In this document: positions 1-9,126 of the stretch, piece by piece
Layout of the letters: each line of letters opens with the position of its first letter
Position numbering within the stretch: the stretch's first letter is position 1
From: Prevotellaceae bacterium
Lineage (GTDB): Bacteria > Bacteroidota > Bacteroidia > Bacteroidales > Bacteroidaceae
DNA length: 64,000 nucleotides
Direction of reading: 5' to 3'
NCBI GenBank assembly: GCA_031262085.1
Contig: JAISIN010000096.1
Location: forward strand, 2,471 to 66,470
Program-made: the position numbers and the translations under genes
Notes under the pieces: model-generated
Told to the model about the DNA's origin: nothing
Databases searched by the model: none
What the model saw: only the letters and a program-made list of their open reading frames with translations

Positions 1-341
1 TTTTCCTCTTTCAGAGCCTCCAATAACTGCCCGTCGGGATAATACATTCGATGAATATTGTCCTGTGGTAGTCCCAGTAATTTTGAAACTGCTGTTGTAA
101 GCTTCGCCCGCATCTGCATTAACAGCTCTTTATCCGGTGCATTTGCCACACCATTCAAAGAACACTCTCCTCCGGATAAAATAATCACATGAGGATAGTT
201 TGCCTGTCTACACAGGCGAGCTATCAGTCCACCACAACCGAATGCCTCATCATCGGGATGAGGAGCAAGGATAACAACCTTCTTGCCATCGAATGATGTT
301 CGGTACTTCCTGCCCAAAAGATTAAATAGCAATCGCACCAT
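1..341 (-). CDS. PIG-L/LmbE family deacetylase, N-terminal part (runs off the window)
   Basis: Not in the ORF track. Manual translation from ATG at 341 gives MVRLLFNLLGRKYRTSFDGKKVVILAPHPDDEAFGCGGLIARL..., with the PIG-L APHPDDE metal motif. The frame stays open upstream to the TAA at 438-440, so the start is uncertain. Confidence 0.85.
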   Translation of the reverse strand, partial: MVRLLFNLLGRKYRTSFDGKKVVILAPHPDDEAFGCGGLIARLCRQANYPHVIILSGGECSLNGVANAPDKELLMQMRAKLTTAVSKLLGLPQDNIHRMYYPDGQLLEALKEE

Positions 342-420
342 GTGAATGCCGGTTTGCTGCCTCAATTTGAAACACCAAAAACCGAAACGGTAACGGAAGC
401 TAAAGCTATTCCCGGACAAT

Positions 421-488
421 CGCTCGTTCGGCACTTTTTAGACTGAACTTATCAAAGACGGAGCGTTAGTTGTCGCTCCGTCTTTTTT
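421..488 (+). repeat. Copy 1 of the dispersed 23-bp-unit element (one unit plus hairpin/T6)
   Basis: CGCTCGTTCGGCACTTTTTAGAC-TGAACTTATCAAA-GACGGAGCG-ttagttgt-CGCTCCGTC-TTTTTT, nearly identical to 63581-63653. Confidence 0.95.
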
Positions 489-1424
489 AATTGCGTACTT
501 CTGATCGGGTATGATATAGGTCTGAGACCGTTGCCGTATACCAATAGCACAAGCTATGCGATACAAAAGCAACAAAAACCGCTGCGGAATAGTCCAATTG
601 TTGACCAACGGATAATCCTTCCATAACGAGATAGAACGATAATACAGATACTTGAAACGATAAGGGTGCGTGTCGTATGAATACTTTAGCCAAGGTTTAG
701 CGACAAGCGAATAATGGAGAATGACATACGAGCAAATAGTCTCTTCTATCTCGGTTTTCAATGAACCTTCCCATTGCCTCTCCTGAAGCAAAAATGCAGA
801 TTGGAAATTATACCGTATCGGTAATAGTACCATATCTTCCACAACAACATGATAAAGAGCTTCTTGATCAACTATTTGCATATTGGGTGTTTTTTTAATA
901 TAATCAAGACATCGTTCTGTGATAGAATGTGACCGCCAATATACCAAATTCATTAATAGCATACCCGTATTATACGCATAGGGGTGATGCCATTTCAATA
1001 TTTCATCTGAGAAAAGTGGATCGAGCACAGCTCCAAATGCAACATTCTCTACATTTTCATTCCATAGGGATTCGATATCTCCATCGACTATCATATCAGA
1101 ATCCAAATAAATAACCCGCTCTACATCAGGTGGCAGTAGTTCGGGAGCTAACAAACGAAAATAATTAGCACAGCTCCAATATGAAAATTGTGGAACCGGA
1201 TATTGTGCTATTTGTTCATCAGGTACTTGCACAATATGAATCGGCGTATTATATCGTTCTGCTAATAAAGAAAACAGAGATGAATTCTTGGCACTAAGCC
1301 CTCTTACTAAAATATAAGTACACAATTGATGATTTCGGTTATTCTCCAAGAGTGAAGTAAGCATGATACCACAATAAGGTGCAAATTTTTCATCCGTTGC
1401 ACATAAGATGTTTATAGGTTTCAT
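438..1424 (-). CDS. Glycosyltransferase family 8
   Basis: INILCATD N-terminus, YFRL...RVIYLDSD (DxD), YNTGMLL, DQEAL and ILHYS..KPW motifs of GT8. The last ~16 residues are encoded by the repeat element. Confidence 0.92.
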   Translation of the reverse strand: MKPINILCATDEKFAPYCGIMLTSLLENNRNHQLCTYILVRGLSAKNSSLFSLLAERYNTPIHIVQVPDEQIAQYPVPQFSYWSCANYFRLLAPELLPPDVERVIYLDSDMIVDGDIESLWNENVENVAFGAVLDPLFSDEILKWHHPYAYNTGMLLMNLVYWRSHSITERCLDYIKKTPNMQIVDQEALYHVVVEDMVLLPIRYNFQSAFLLQERQWEGSLKTEIEETICSYVILHYSLVAKPWLKYSYDTHPYRFKYLYYRSISLWKDYPLVNNWTIPQRFLLLLYRIACAIGIRQRSQTYIIPDQKYAIKKDGATTNAPSLISSV

Positions 1425-2365
1425 TGTGAGGTATTATAAATCTGCGTTCGTTTTCGGAAACATATAGCACAAGCTATATTATACAGGAACAGTGACATGC
1501 GCTGCCCCCTAGTAAAATTGCATACCAAAGGATAATTTTTCCATAACGAGATAGAACGATAATATAAGTATTTATGGTGATAGGGATCTTTAACGTATGA
1601 ATACTTTAGCCAAGGTTTGGAAGTATAGTGAATGACAACACAGGAGCAGGCAGTCTGCTTGATCTCATCTGCGATATGCTCATTGAACAGCATCTCTTTG
1701 TGTAAAAAGAAGGTTTGAAAATTATACTTTATCGACAGTAATACATATTCTTTTTCTTTCATTACAACATGATTAATCGCCGATTGATCGACAAACTTTA
1801 TTTGAGTTGGATGTTCCCTAATATAATCAAAACAACGTTCTGCAATGGAATGACTTCTCCAATATTGTAAGTTAATCAATAGCATACCTGTATTGATAGT
1901 GATCGTATTTTCGGGCATATTCCAATCGCGATGGTACATCCCTTGAAACACAGCATCAAGAACACCTCCGAATGCAACAGTATCTATATTTTCATTCCAT
2001 AAAGATTCAATGTCGCTATCAATAATCATATCGCAATCAAAATAAATAATTCGTTCTACATCGGATGGCAATAGCGTTGGAGCCAGTAAGCGATAATAGG
2101 TAGGGAGAGAGTAGTGTGCGGTCAGCGGAAGAGATTGTGGCAAATCTCCGGCAGATACTTTCACCATATGAATAGGAGTGTTATACCGCTCTGCTAATTG
2201 AGAAAACATAGACAGATTCTTTTCAGTGAGTTCATCCGTTAGTATGTATGTACATAATTGATGCTGCCTGTTATTCTCAAAAAGTGAAGTAAGCATGATA
2301 CCACAATAGGGTACATAATGATCGTCCGTAGCACACAATATGTTTATTGTAAATGTTGTTTCCAT
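1421..2365 (-). CDS. Glycosyltransferase family 8 (paralogue)
   Basis: YYRL, IIYFDCD, INTGMLL, DQSAIN and IHYTSKPW motifs. Confidence 0.92.
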   Translation of the reverse strand: METTFTINILCATDDHYVPYCGIMLTSLFENNRQHQLCTYILTDELTEKNLSMFSQLAERYNTPIHMVKVSAGDLPQSLPLTAHYSLPTYYRLLAPTLLPSDVERIIYFDCDMIIDSDIESLWNENIDTVAFGGVLDAVFQGMYHRDWNMPENTITINTGMLLINLQYWRSHSIAERCFDYIREHPTQIKFVDQSAINHVVMKEKEYVLLSIKYNFQTFFLHKEMLFNEHIADEIKQTACSCVVIHYTSKPWLKYSYVKDPYHHKYLYYRSISLWKNYPLVCNFTRGQRMSLFLYNIACAICFRKRTQIYNTSQ

Positions 2366-3888
2366 ACAGTAAGTCGTTTGGCAAATATACGCACATCAGA
2401 AGATATGAACCATGCCAGCAATAGAGCCGGAATAGATAAAGAGACAAAAAAAGCGAAGGCTTCCAATAACCAACTCCCCCAGTTGTAAGAAAGAGGCACA
2501 GAACGTAAATGATTCTTTATAAACAAAGCAATAATCAAAGCCACGACCAAAGGAAGTGCATTCATGCAGATCAACCGAACATATTGAATATATGGCAATT
2601 TAAGCGCTCGAGAAAAGAGGTAATAGGGTTTCCACAAATGCATCACCGGAAACGACACGGCCAAAGATGCAGCTAAGATGCCTGCCAAGCCCCAATGTGA
2701 GCCGGCAACAAGCACGATTCCCAATGATAGTACATTCACTATTGCCGTCCAAAGATCATTTACCAAACCGAATAAGTTCAGGTATCGAACCGTTGTACCA
2801 TTAATAAAATCCAGAAAGAAAGAGAGAGAGATTAATGACACAAGTAATGGAGATAATACATACTGCGTACCCAACCAAACAGAGATAAATGGAGACGCGA
2901 GATGATAGATACACAAAGCCAAAATGCCACCTACTATAAAACGAACAGAAAACAATTCTTTGTAGATGCTGTAGATTCGTTGACTATCCCCTTCGGCGAT
3001 TAAAATGCCGATGCCGGTATCCGCACTATCCAATATACCTGAAACAAAATCAGATACACGCGAGACAACCTGCACGTAATTATTGTAAAAGGCAACAAAA
3101 GAGAGTGATGAATAGGTATAGATTAAAATAGGTATGATTTGTGAAGTGATAACCCAACTCGAAGAATGTATGTACGACCGCCAGGCATAGCGAATCATTT
3201 CAGGATATTGACGGAACAGTTTGTTACCCGTTCTAATACGGAGTGTAAGCCATGGATAGAGATGATTGTTTTTTCGATTGAGAATCATTGCATTGATAAT
3301 GCCAAATACCAACTCAATGACAAAGTAAAGCACAAAACTACGTACATAAATAGCGAACAATAACTGTATAAGCACTTTAGTTGTGCTTGTCAGTTGAAAA
3401 TATCCTCTTACAATATAGCCACGTTGATTAATGTACAACAAGCAACATCGATAATTAACAAAATAACCTATTAACGATGAACATAAATAAACATAGAAGC
3501 CAACATAAATAGTTACTAACGAAAAAGGTGTATTCGCAAATATAGCCGGCAGAAAGAAGGAAAACAAGATACCTGCCCCCAAGATAAACACTCCGATATT
3601 GTAATACAGGTAACCAAATAATGAAATAACCTCATTAATGCGTTTCTTGTCGTCGTTCGCTACTAATTTGAAGAGAATGAAATAAACCGCATTACTAACT
3701 CCCAAATCGGCTAAATTGAGAAATGACAAGAACCCCCCAAGAGTAGAAGTTAGACCCATGAAATCGGCTCCCAATTTATCAAGGAAAATCTTACGAGTAA
3801 AAAATGACACGATCAGCACGACAAAGTAGCATATCATATTCATTCGTGCATTCAGCAGAGTCTTTTTTACACGAGATTCGCGAGCCAT
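2344..3888 (-). CDS. wzx: Polysaccharide flippase (Wzx/MOP family)
   Basis: 514 aa with many hydrophobic helices; Bacteroides-type N-terminus SRVKKTLLNA...RKIFLDKLGADFMGL; located in a polysaccharide locus. Confidence 0.85.
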   Translation of the reverse strand: MARESRVKKTLLNARMNMICYFVVLIVSFFTRKIFLDKLGADFMGLTSTLGGFLSFLNLADLGVSNAVYFILFKLVANDDKKRINEVISLFGYLYYNIGVFILGAGILFSFFLPAIFANTPFSLVTIYVGFYVYLCSSLIGYFVNYRCCLLYINQRGYIVRGYFQLTSTTKVLIQLLFAIYVRSFVLYFVIELVFGIINAMILNRKNNHLYPWLTLRIRTGNKLFRQYPEMIRYAWRSYIHSSSWVITSQIIPILIYTYSSLSFVAFYNNYVQVVSRVSDFVSGILDSADTGIGILIAEGDSQRIYSIYKELFSVRFIVGGILALCIYHLASPFISVWLGTQYVLSPLLVSLISLSFFLDFINGTTVRYLNLFGLVNDLWTAIVNVLSLGIVLVAGSHWGLAGILAASLAVSFPVMHLWKPYYLFSRALKLPYIQYVRLICMNALPLVVALIIALFIKNHLRSVPLSYNWGSWLLEAFAFFVSLSIPALLLAWFISSDVRIFAKRLTVWKQHLQ

Positions 3889-4811
3889 CTATGTGTGATT
3901 CTATATTTTATTGCTTCTATTAACTCCTTAGCAATAATAATTTTGTGCCCATGGATTAGATAGTAACGCCAAGCTTTCCAATAATAGGGAGATTCCTTGA
4001 GAAACAAAACATCGCCCAAGGTAAACTGAAGGAAGGGAATCTTATGCTTGTAATAGATTTTATTCATTTGGATTCCAACTTCCAAGTTATCAAAAACATA
4101 ATCATAATCCGTACTTTTACTGATAGAACTACCTCTCACTACATAATGATACAACAATGCGGATGACTTTGCCACTGTTCGAGCATGCATACCACAGCGA
4201 ATATTAAACATGACATCGTCAGCTCCCCACCTTTCGTCAAAAGCAAGAGAATGACTCCTTATTAATTCGCTACGTATCAACTTACTCCACGATACCCAAA
4301 CTATATATCTCCATATTTCAAACGGGTATGCTTTGATATACTCTGTTTCAACACACCTCTCTAATGTTTCTGCATCAATCGAAGCAAAATCAAAAAACAC
4401 TATATCATACTTGCTATCCTTCCACGCATCCAATATCTGTAACATTCCTTCATAAAAGAAATCATCGGCATCAGCAAATACAATCCATTTACCTTGAGCC
4501 TTTTGCAGCGCTACATTACGGGCATATCCGGGTCCTTTCCCTTTTTTGGTAAAGTACCCTTTTCCATTCTCCCCTCTGCAAATACGACTCTCCCTTGTAT
4601 AGACAATTTCTACCCCTTTACGCTCCGCTCCCGGAAAAGCGTTGAAATCCACCATCTCAGGATCGCTATTATCATCCACTATAATTATCTGAACATCCTC
4701 TCGATAAGGAATAGAATCCAAGCATCGCTGCAAAAGTTGAGGTATATTCCTGTGTGGAATAATTATGGTATAAGTAATTTCGGCAGAATCAGCCAATGGT
4801 TTTGCATTCAT
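3867..4811 (-). CDS. Glycosyltransferase family 2
   Basis: IIIPHRN, IVDDNS, GYARN, FADADD and DDVMF motifs. Confidence 0.93.
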   Translation of the reverse strand: MNAKPLADSAEITYTIIIPHRNIPQLLQRCLDSIPYREDVQIIIVDDNSDPEMVDFNAFPGAERKGVEIVYTRESRICRGENGKGYFTKKGKGPGYARNVALQKAQGKWIVFADADDFFYEGMLQILDAWKDSKYDIVFFDFASIDAETLERCVETEYIKAYPFEIWRYIVWVSWSKLIRSELIRSHSLAFDERWGADDVMFNIRCGMHARTVAKSSALLYHYVVRGSSISKSTDYDYVFDNLEVGIQMNKIYYKHKIPFLQFTLGDVLFLKESPYYWKAWRYYLIHGHKIIIAKELIEAIKYRITHRWLANLV

Positions 4812-4829
4812 ATTTTCAATACGTAGAGA

Positions 4830-5759
4830 TTACACATGCTTCACCAACCACTTCTGACCGATATTAAACCTTAACGCTTGCACAAAATGCTTACAAATAT
4901 TCATATTGCGTTCATGACGCAAATAAAAAGACCACGCCTTCCAACGGTAGGGCGTTTCACTTAATGATAACACATACCCTAAAGAGAAAAGGGGAGGAAA
5001 CTTAATCTTGTATCTACAAAGTACTTTATTAAGCCTGATGTAAACTTTCAAACGATTCAATAAGTGATCATAATCTGTGCTATTCCATAAAGAATGGCTT
5101 CTTACTACGGAACAATACAACAACTTTGACGACCAAATTACTTTCCGAGCATATAAGCTGCTATAAATAGAAAACATCACATCCTCATCACCACATATTT
5201 CATCAAAAACGATAGCATGTCTTTTGATAAGTTCACTTCGTATGAGTTTGCCCCAAGGAACATAATATACCCATCTTACTGTCTCGACCGGAAGTGTTCT
5301 CGCCCACGCTTGTCTACTTTCTACTTTGGCTAATGTATCCGAATCGACCGAATCGGTATCGAAGAATATTATATCATACTCGCTATCCTTCCACGCATCC
5401 AATATTTGCAGCATATCTTTATGAAAGAAATCGTCGGCATCGGCAAATACGATCCACTTACCTTGCGCCTTCTGTAAGGCTACATTACGGGCATATCCGG
5501 GACCTTTCCCTCTTTTGGTAAAGTATCCTTTTCCATCTTCTCCCATGCAGATACGACTTTCGCGCGTATAGATAATCTCTACTCCTTTGCGACCAGCTCC
5601 CGGAAAAGCATTGAAATCTACCATCTCAGGATCGCTGTTATCATCGACTATAATAACCTGAACATCCTCACGATAAGGAATAGAATCCAAGCATCGCTGC
5701 AGAAGCTTAGGCATATTTCTGTGAGGTATGATGATGCTATATGTCTTTTCCACGAGCAT
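4830..5759 (-). CDS. Glycosyltransferase family 2 (paralogue of 3867-4811)
   Basis: Same motifs (IIIPHRN, VDDNS, FADADD, EDVMF). Start placed at the ATG at 5759 (MLVEKTYS), just after the upstream gene's stop. Confidence 0.92.
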   Translation of the reverse strand: MLVEKTYSIIIPHRNMPKLLQRCLDSIPYREDVQVIIVDDNSDPEMVDFNAFPGAGRKGVEIIYTRESRICMGEDGKGYFTKRGKGPGYARNVALQKAQGKWIVFADADDFFHKDMLQILDAWKDSEYDIIFFDTDSVDSDTLAKVESRQAWARTLPVETVRWVYYVPWGKLIRSELIKRHAIVFDEICGDEDVMFSIYSSLYARKVIWSSKLLYCSVVRSHSLWNSTDYDHLLNRLKVYIRLNKVLCRYKIKFPPLFSLGYVLSLSETPYRWKAWSFYLRHERNMNICKHFVQALRFNIGQKWLVKHV

Positions 5760-5761
5760 TT

Positions 5762-6691
5762 TTAACGGCGAAACAAGTATCGGGATAACCATTTTTTCGA
5801 TTTACTCCCCATACTCAATATGTAATAGATAGACAAGCAAATAAACAAATTATATTTTTCTGTCCAAAGCTTCCGGATCGCATCATTTTTATATAACATC
5901 ATAAAATGGAAGAAGTATCCGGCAACTCTTAGTTCAACTTTCTTAGGAACAGAAACAATCGATAATATGTATTGCAATACCATTAACCCTTCCGAAAAGT
6001 AAAACCCGTCACTAAATGCTTTCGTCGATACACTAAGAGAATGTTTCCGCAAATAGTTATAGCATCTGTGTATTCTACCTACTTTTCCCTGATTCAATAG
6101 GGCAACCCATATATACCAATCGCCTGCCAATCTGAAAGAGGAGGCTCTTTCAATATCCGAGTCGCAACACACATCACGCCGAAAAAGCACACTACTCGCA
6201 TTGTATATTTTTGTTGTGTAAAGCATCTGCTTCCGAATGTATTCTTTTCCATCAATGAGCACGACTTCTTGCTCTCTATTTATAATATCTAACACCGCTG
6301 AAGTGATGTTCCCTTCACCGTCTATTATATAAGAATCGCAAGCTGCTATCACCACAGACTTGTCTAAATAGAATACCCTTACCATTTCTTGCAGAAAATC
6401 AGGATGTGCATAATCGTCGCTTTCGGCTATCCAGATCAAGTTGCCGGTAGCCATCTCTATTCCTTTTTTCCATTGTTTAAAGGTGGAGCCGGAGTTGACA
6501 TCATTGTAGACTATCCGGCTGACTTTTTGATTACCGCGATAACTTTCAATAATTTCACGACTATTGTCGATAGATGCATCATCTAACAAGATGATCTCGA
6601 AGTTTTGATAGGTCTGTTGCAACACGCTGTCTATTCGTAGCCTTAAATAGCGAGCATAATTATAGTTGGGGATTATTACACTAACTTTCAT
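5762..6691 (-). CDS. Glycosyltransferase family 2
   Basis: MKVSVIIPNYN, LDDASID, WIAESDD and GDW motifs. Confidence 0.93.
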   Translation of the reverse strand: MKVSVIIPNYNYARYLRLRIDSVLQQTYQNFEIILLDDASIDNSREIIESYRGNQKVSRIVYNDVNSGSTFKQWKKGIEMATGNLIWIAESDDYAHPDFLQEMVRVFYLDKSVVIAACDSYIIDGEGNITSAVLDIINREQEVVLIDGKEYIRKQMLYTTKIYNASSVLFRRDVCCDSDIERASSFRLAGDWYIWVALLNQGKVGRIHRCYNYLRKHSLSVSTKAFSDGFYFSEGLMVLQYILSIVSVPKKVELRVAGYFFHFMMLYKNDAIRKLWTEKYNLFICLSIYYILSMGSKSKKWLSRYLFRR

Positions 6692-9081
6692 CTGCTTACA
6701 TGCCGATAGGAATAGTAACCATACTTCCCATACCTCCCATAATAATACCCATAGTATCCATGCCGCACATCGACCGCATTCAGTACCACCGCCATATTGG
6801 GATATTTATGCCCGCTATACAACTTCTCTACCTCCGAAAGCTGCGCCCGCTCGAACAAACCGGCACGAATGACAAACAGCGTCATATCAACATGATTGCT
6901 GATGATAGAGGCATCTGCTACAAAGCCATCCGGCGGACAGTCGATAAACACATAGTCGTAGTCAGCACCTACCTCGCGTAACAGTTCGCCCAAGGCATGC
7001 TCCGTGAGCAATTCGGTGGGATTGGGCGGGATAACACCCACCGGAAGCACATCCAGATTGGGATGTAGCTTTCCATAAACAATCGACGCGCGATAATCAG
7101 CAAGGGTACCGTTCAGATAGAGAGAGACACCTTGCGACGGCGAATCGACCAACGCACTGACCGACGCCTTGCGTAAGTCGAGATCGACCACCAGCACCCG
7201 CTTGCCTTTGATAACGAAGCTCATCGCCAAATTGACCGTCATAAAGCTCTTGCCGCTGCCGGGGTGAAACGAGGTGGTCATGACAACGTTGTTCTTCTTC
7301 TCTTTCGTGGTGCTCATAAACTCGAAATGGGTGCGCACCATGCGGAACGATTCATTAATCAAGTCCGTGCTCTTATCTTTCACAATCACTTCAACATGTC
7401 GATGTCGACGCCGCCGCCTGATAGTGTGCGAGCGCTTCGCCTTACTCTCAGTAAGAGGAATCTCACCCAGATAGGGCAGCGACAACCATTCGATATCGCG
7501 TTTGCTACGCACCTTGGTATTCATCACCTCTTTTACATAAAGAATAACTATCGGTATAAGCAATCCGACCGCCAACGCCATCAGCAGACTGTTCCGTTTG
7601 AGCGGAGCAATGGGAGCGTAGCTGCCCGAAGTCGATTTGATGATGCGCACGTTGGAGGCGGTAAAGGCTTGAGACAACTCTGCCTCTTCGCGTTTCTGCA
7701 ACAGGAAGAGAAAGAGCGATTCCTTCACCTTCTGCTGCCGTTCTACCGAAAGCAGGTATTTGGCTTGCTCGGGGTTGGAAGCGATGCGGGCGGTGGTGCG
7801 GGCTTCGCTTTGCTCCAAATCGCCGATTTGGGTGATCAGACGATGTTCGGTATTGTCGATGGTTTCCAGAATGGTCTGCCGGATAGTCTCCAACGACCGG
7901 TCAAGCTCGCGCACCAACGGATGCGACTCGCCGCTGTTGGCTACCATGGTGTTATACTGCAACTGCAGCCTGTTGTATTCGCCTATCTGCTGGTCGATGC
8001 TGGAGTTCTCGATGCCCGAGTTGATAGGCAGCAGGTTGTGCTTGCCCATCCGTCCGTCGACATAGATGCGAATGTAACGCACCATCGACAATTGCGTGTT
8101 CAGCGCGAGGATGCGCGAGGAAGTTTGCTGCGACTGCGACAAGTAGAGGCTGGAGGTGGCTTGCACATCAGGAATCAGGTTTTTCCGTTTGAAGGAGGAG
8201 ATATCTTCGTCGACATGCCCCAACTCCCGCTCTATCACAGCCAATCGTTCGTTGATAAAAGCAGCGGTGGTGAGATTGACTTGATTGCGGTTCTTTGCCC
8301 AATTGTCGCTATAAGCGGCAATGATCGCATTGACTACATCTTTGGCACGTTGTGGCGAGACATCGGTGGCAGAGATGTTGATGATAGACGATTTATCACT
8401 GTTCAACTCAATGCCCAGACGGGCTACATATCCGCCTGCCACTGCCGACACCGACGAACGGCTCACACGAATCTCCGGATGAAAGGCGCTTGCATAGTAA
8501 GGCGTGGCGACCACCACCACCCTGCCTACCGGCGTGCGGAGGGTATCCGACAGCGTACCCGTCACGCTTTCGTCGGTTGCCTCTCCTACCGAAGAACCAT
8601 CAAACTCGGTTAGCTCGATCGTGCGGTTCTCGTCCAATCGAAGCAGAAAGCCACTGCCGCCATCTTCGGGAGCGCTATCTATGAAAGAAACCGTCACGGG
8701 CGACGTCTGCCCATACAACACGCGATCATACGACCAGTGACTAACGGTATACTCCACATTCAGTCGTAACATGCGCACCACCTCTTCCATGATGAGTGGC
8801 GAACCGATAGCTATCATCTCGTCGTTGATGCCGGTATCGAACTGAAACATCACGCCGGGCATATTGATGCCGCTACTCGAAGAGGAGCTGTTCTGTGAGA
8901 CATTCGACAGCAGAATGGAAGCCTGCTGCATATAGGTAGGAGGCGTGGTACTGATACGTGCAACGGCGATAACAAGCGCCGCACCGACGGAGAGCACAAA
9001 CCACACCCAATGTGCTCTGCACAATGCGAACATCTCTTTAACAGAGATGGAGTCGGCAAGACGGGGGGAAGGAGGAGGCAA
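6688..9081 (-). CDS. wzc: Polysaccharide co-polymerase / tyrosine autokinase (Wzc/GumC family)
   Basis: Two TM segments flanking a coiled coil, Walker A (SFHPGSGKS), VDLDLRK, IDCPP and a C-terminal Tyr cluster YYGYYYGRYGKYGYYSY. Start is TTG at 9081 or a later ATG. Confidence 0.93.
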   Translation of the reverse strand: MPPPSPRLADSISVKEMFALCRAHWVWFVLSVGAALVIAVARISTTPPTYMQQASILLSNVSQNSSSSSSGINMPGVMFQFDTGINDEMIAIGSPLIMEEVVRMLRLNVEYTVSHWSYDRVLYGQTSPVTVSFIDSAPEDGGSGFLLRLDENRTIELTEFDGSSVGEATDESVTGTLSDTLRTPVGRVVVVATPYYASAFHPEIRVSRSSVSAVAGGYVARLGIELNSDKSSIINISATDVSPQRAKDVVNAIIAAYSDNWAKNRNQVNLTTAAFINERLAVIERELGHVDEDISSFKRKNLIPDVQATSSLYLSQSQQTSSRILALNTQLSMVRYIRIYVDGRMGKHNLLPINSGIENSSIDQQIGEYNRLQLQYNTMVANSGESHPLVRELDRSLETIRQTILETIDNTEHRLITQIGDLEQSEARTTARIASNPEQAKYLLSVERQQKVKESLFLFLLQKREEAELSQAFTASNVRIIKSTSGSYAPIAPLKRNSLLMALAVGLLIPIVILYVKEVMNTKVRSKRDIEWLSLPYLGEIPLTESKAKRSHTIRRRRRHRHVEVIVKDKSTDLINESFRMVRTHFEFMSTTKEKKNNVVMTTSFHPGSGKSFMTVNLAMSFVIKGKRVLVVDLDLRKASVSALVDSPSQGVSLYLNGTLADYRASIVYGKLHPNLDVLPVGVIPPNPTELLTEHALGELLREVGADYDYVFIDCPPDGFVADASIISNHVDMTLFVIRAGLFERAQLSEVEKLYSGHKYPNMAVVLNAVDVRHGYYGYYYGRYGKYGYYSYRHVSR

Positions 9082-9126
9082 GAAAATTAAAAATTAAAAG
9101 TTGAAGAGGTTCTATCTAAAGTAGAG

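Noticed and set aside
9063-9068. G6 tract at the 5' end of wzc as a phase-variation site
   Set aside because: Six bases is short for slipped-strand switching, and the start codon is uncertain.
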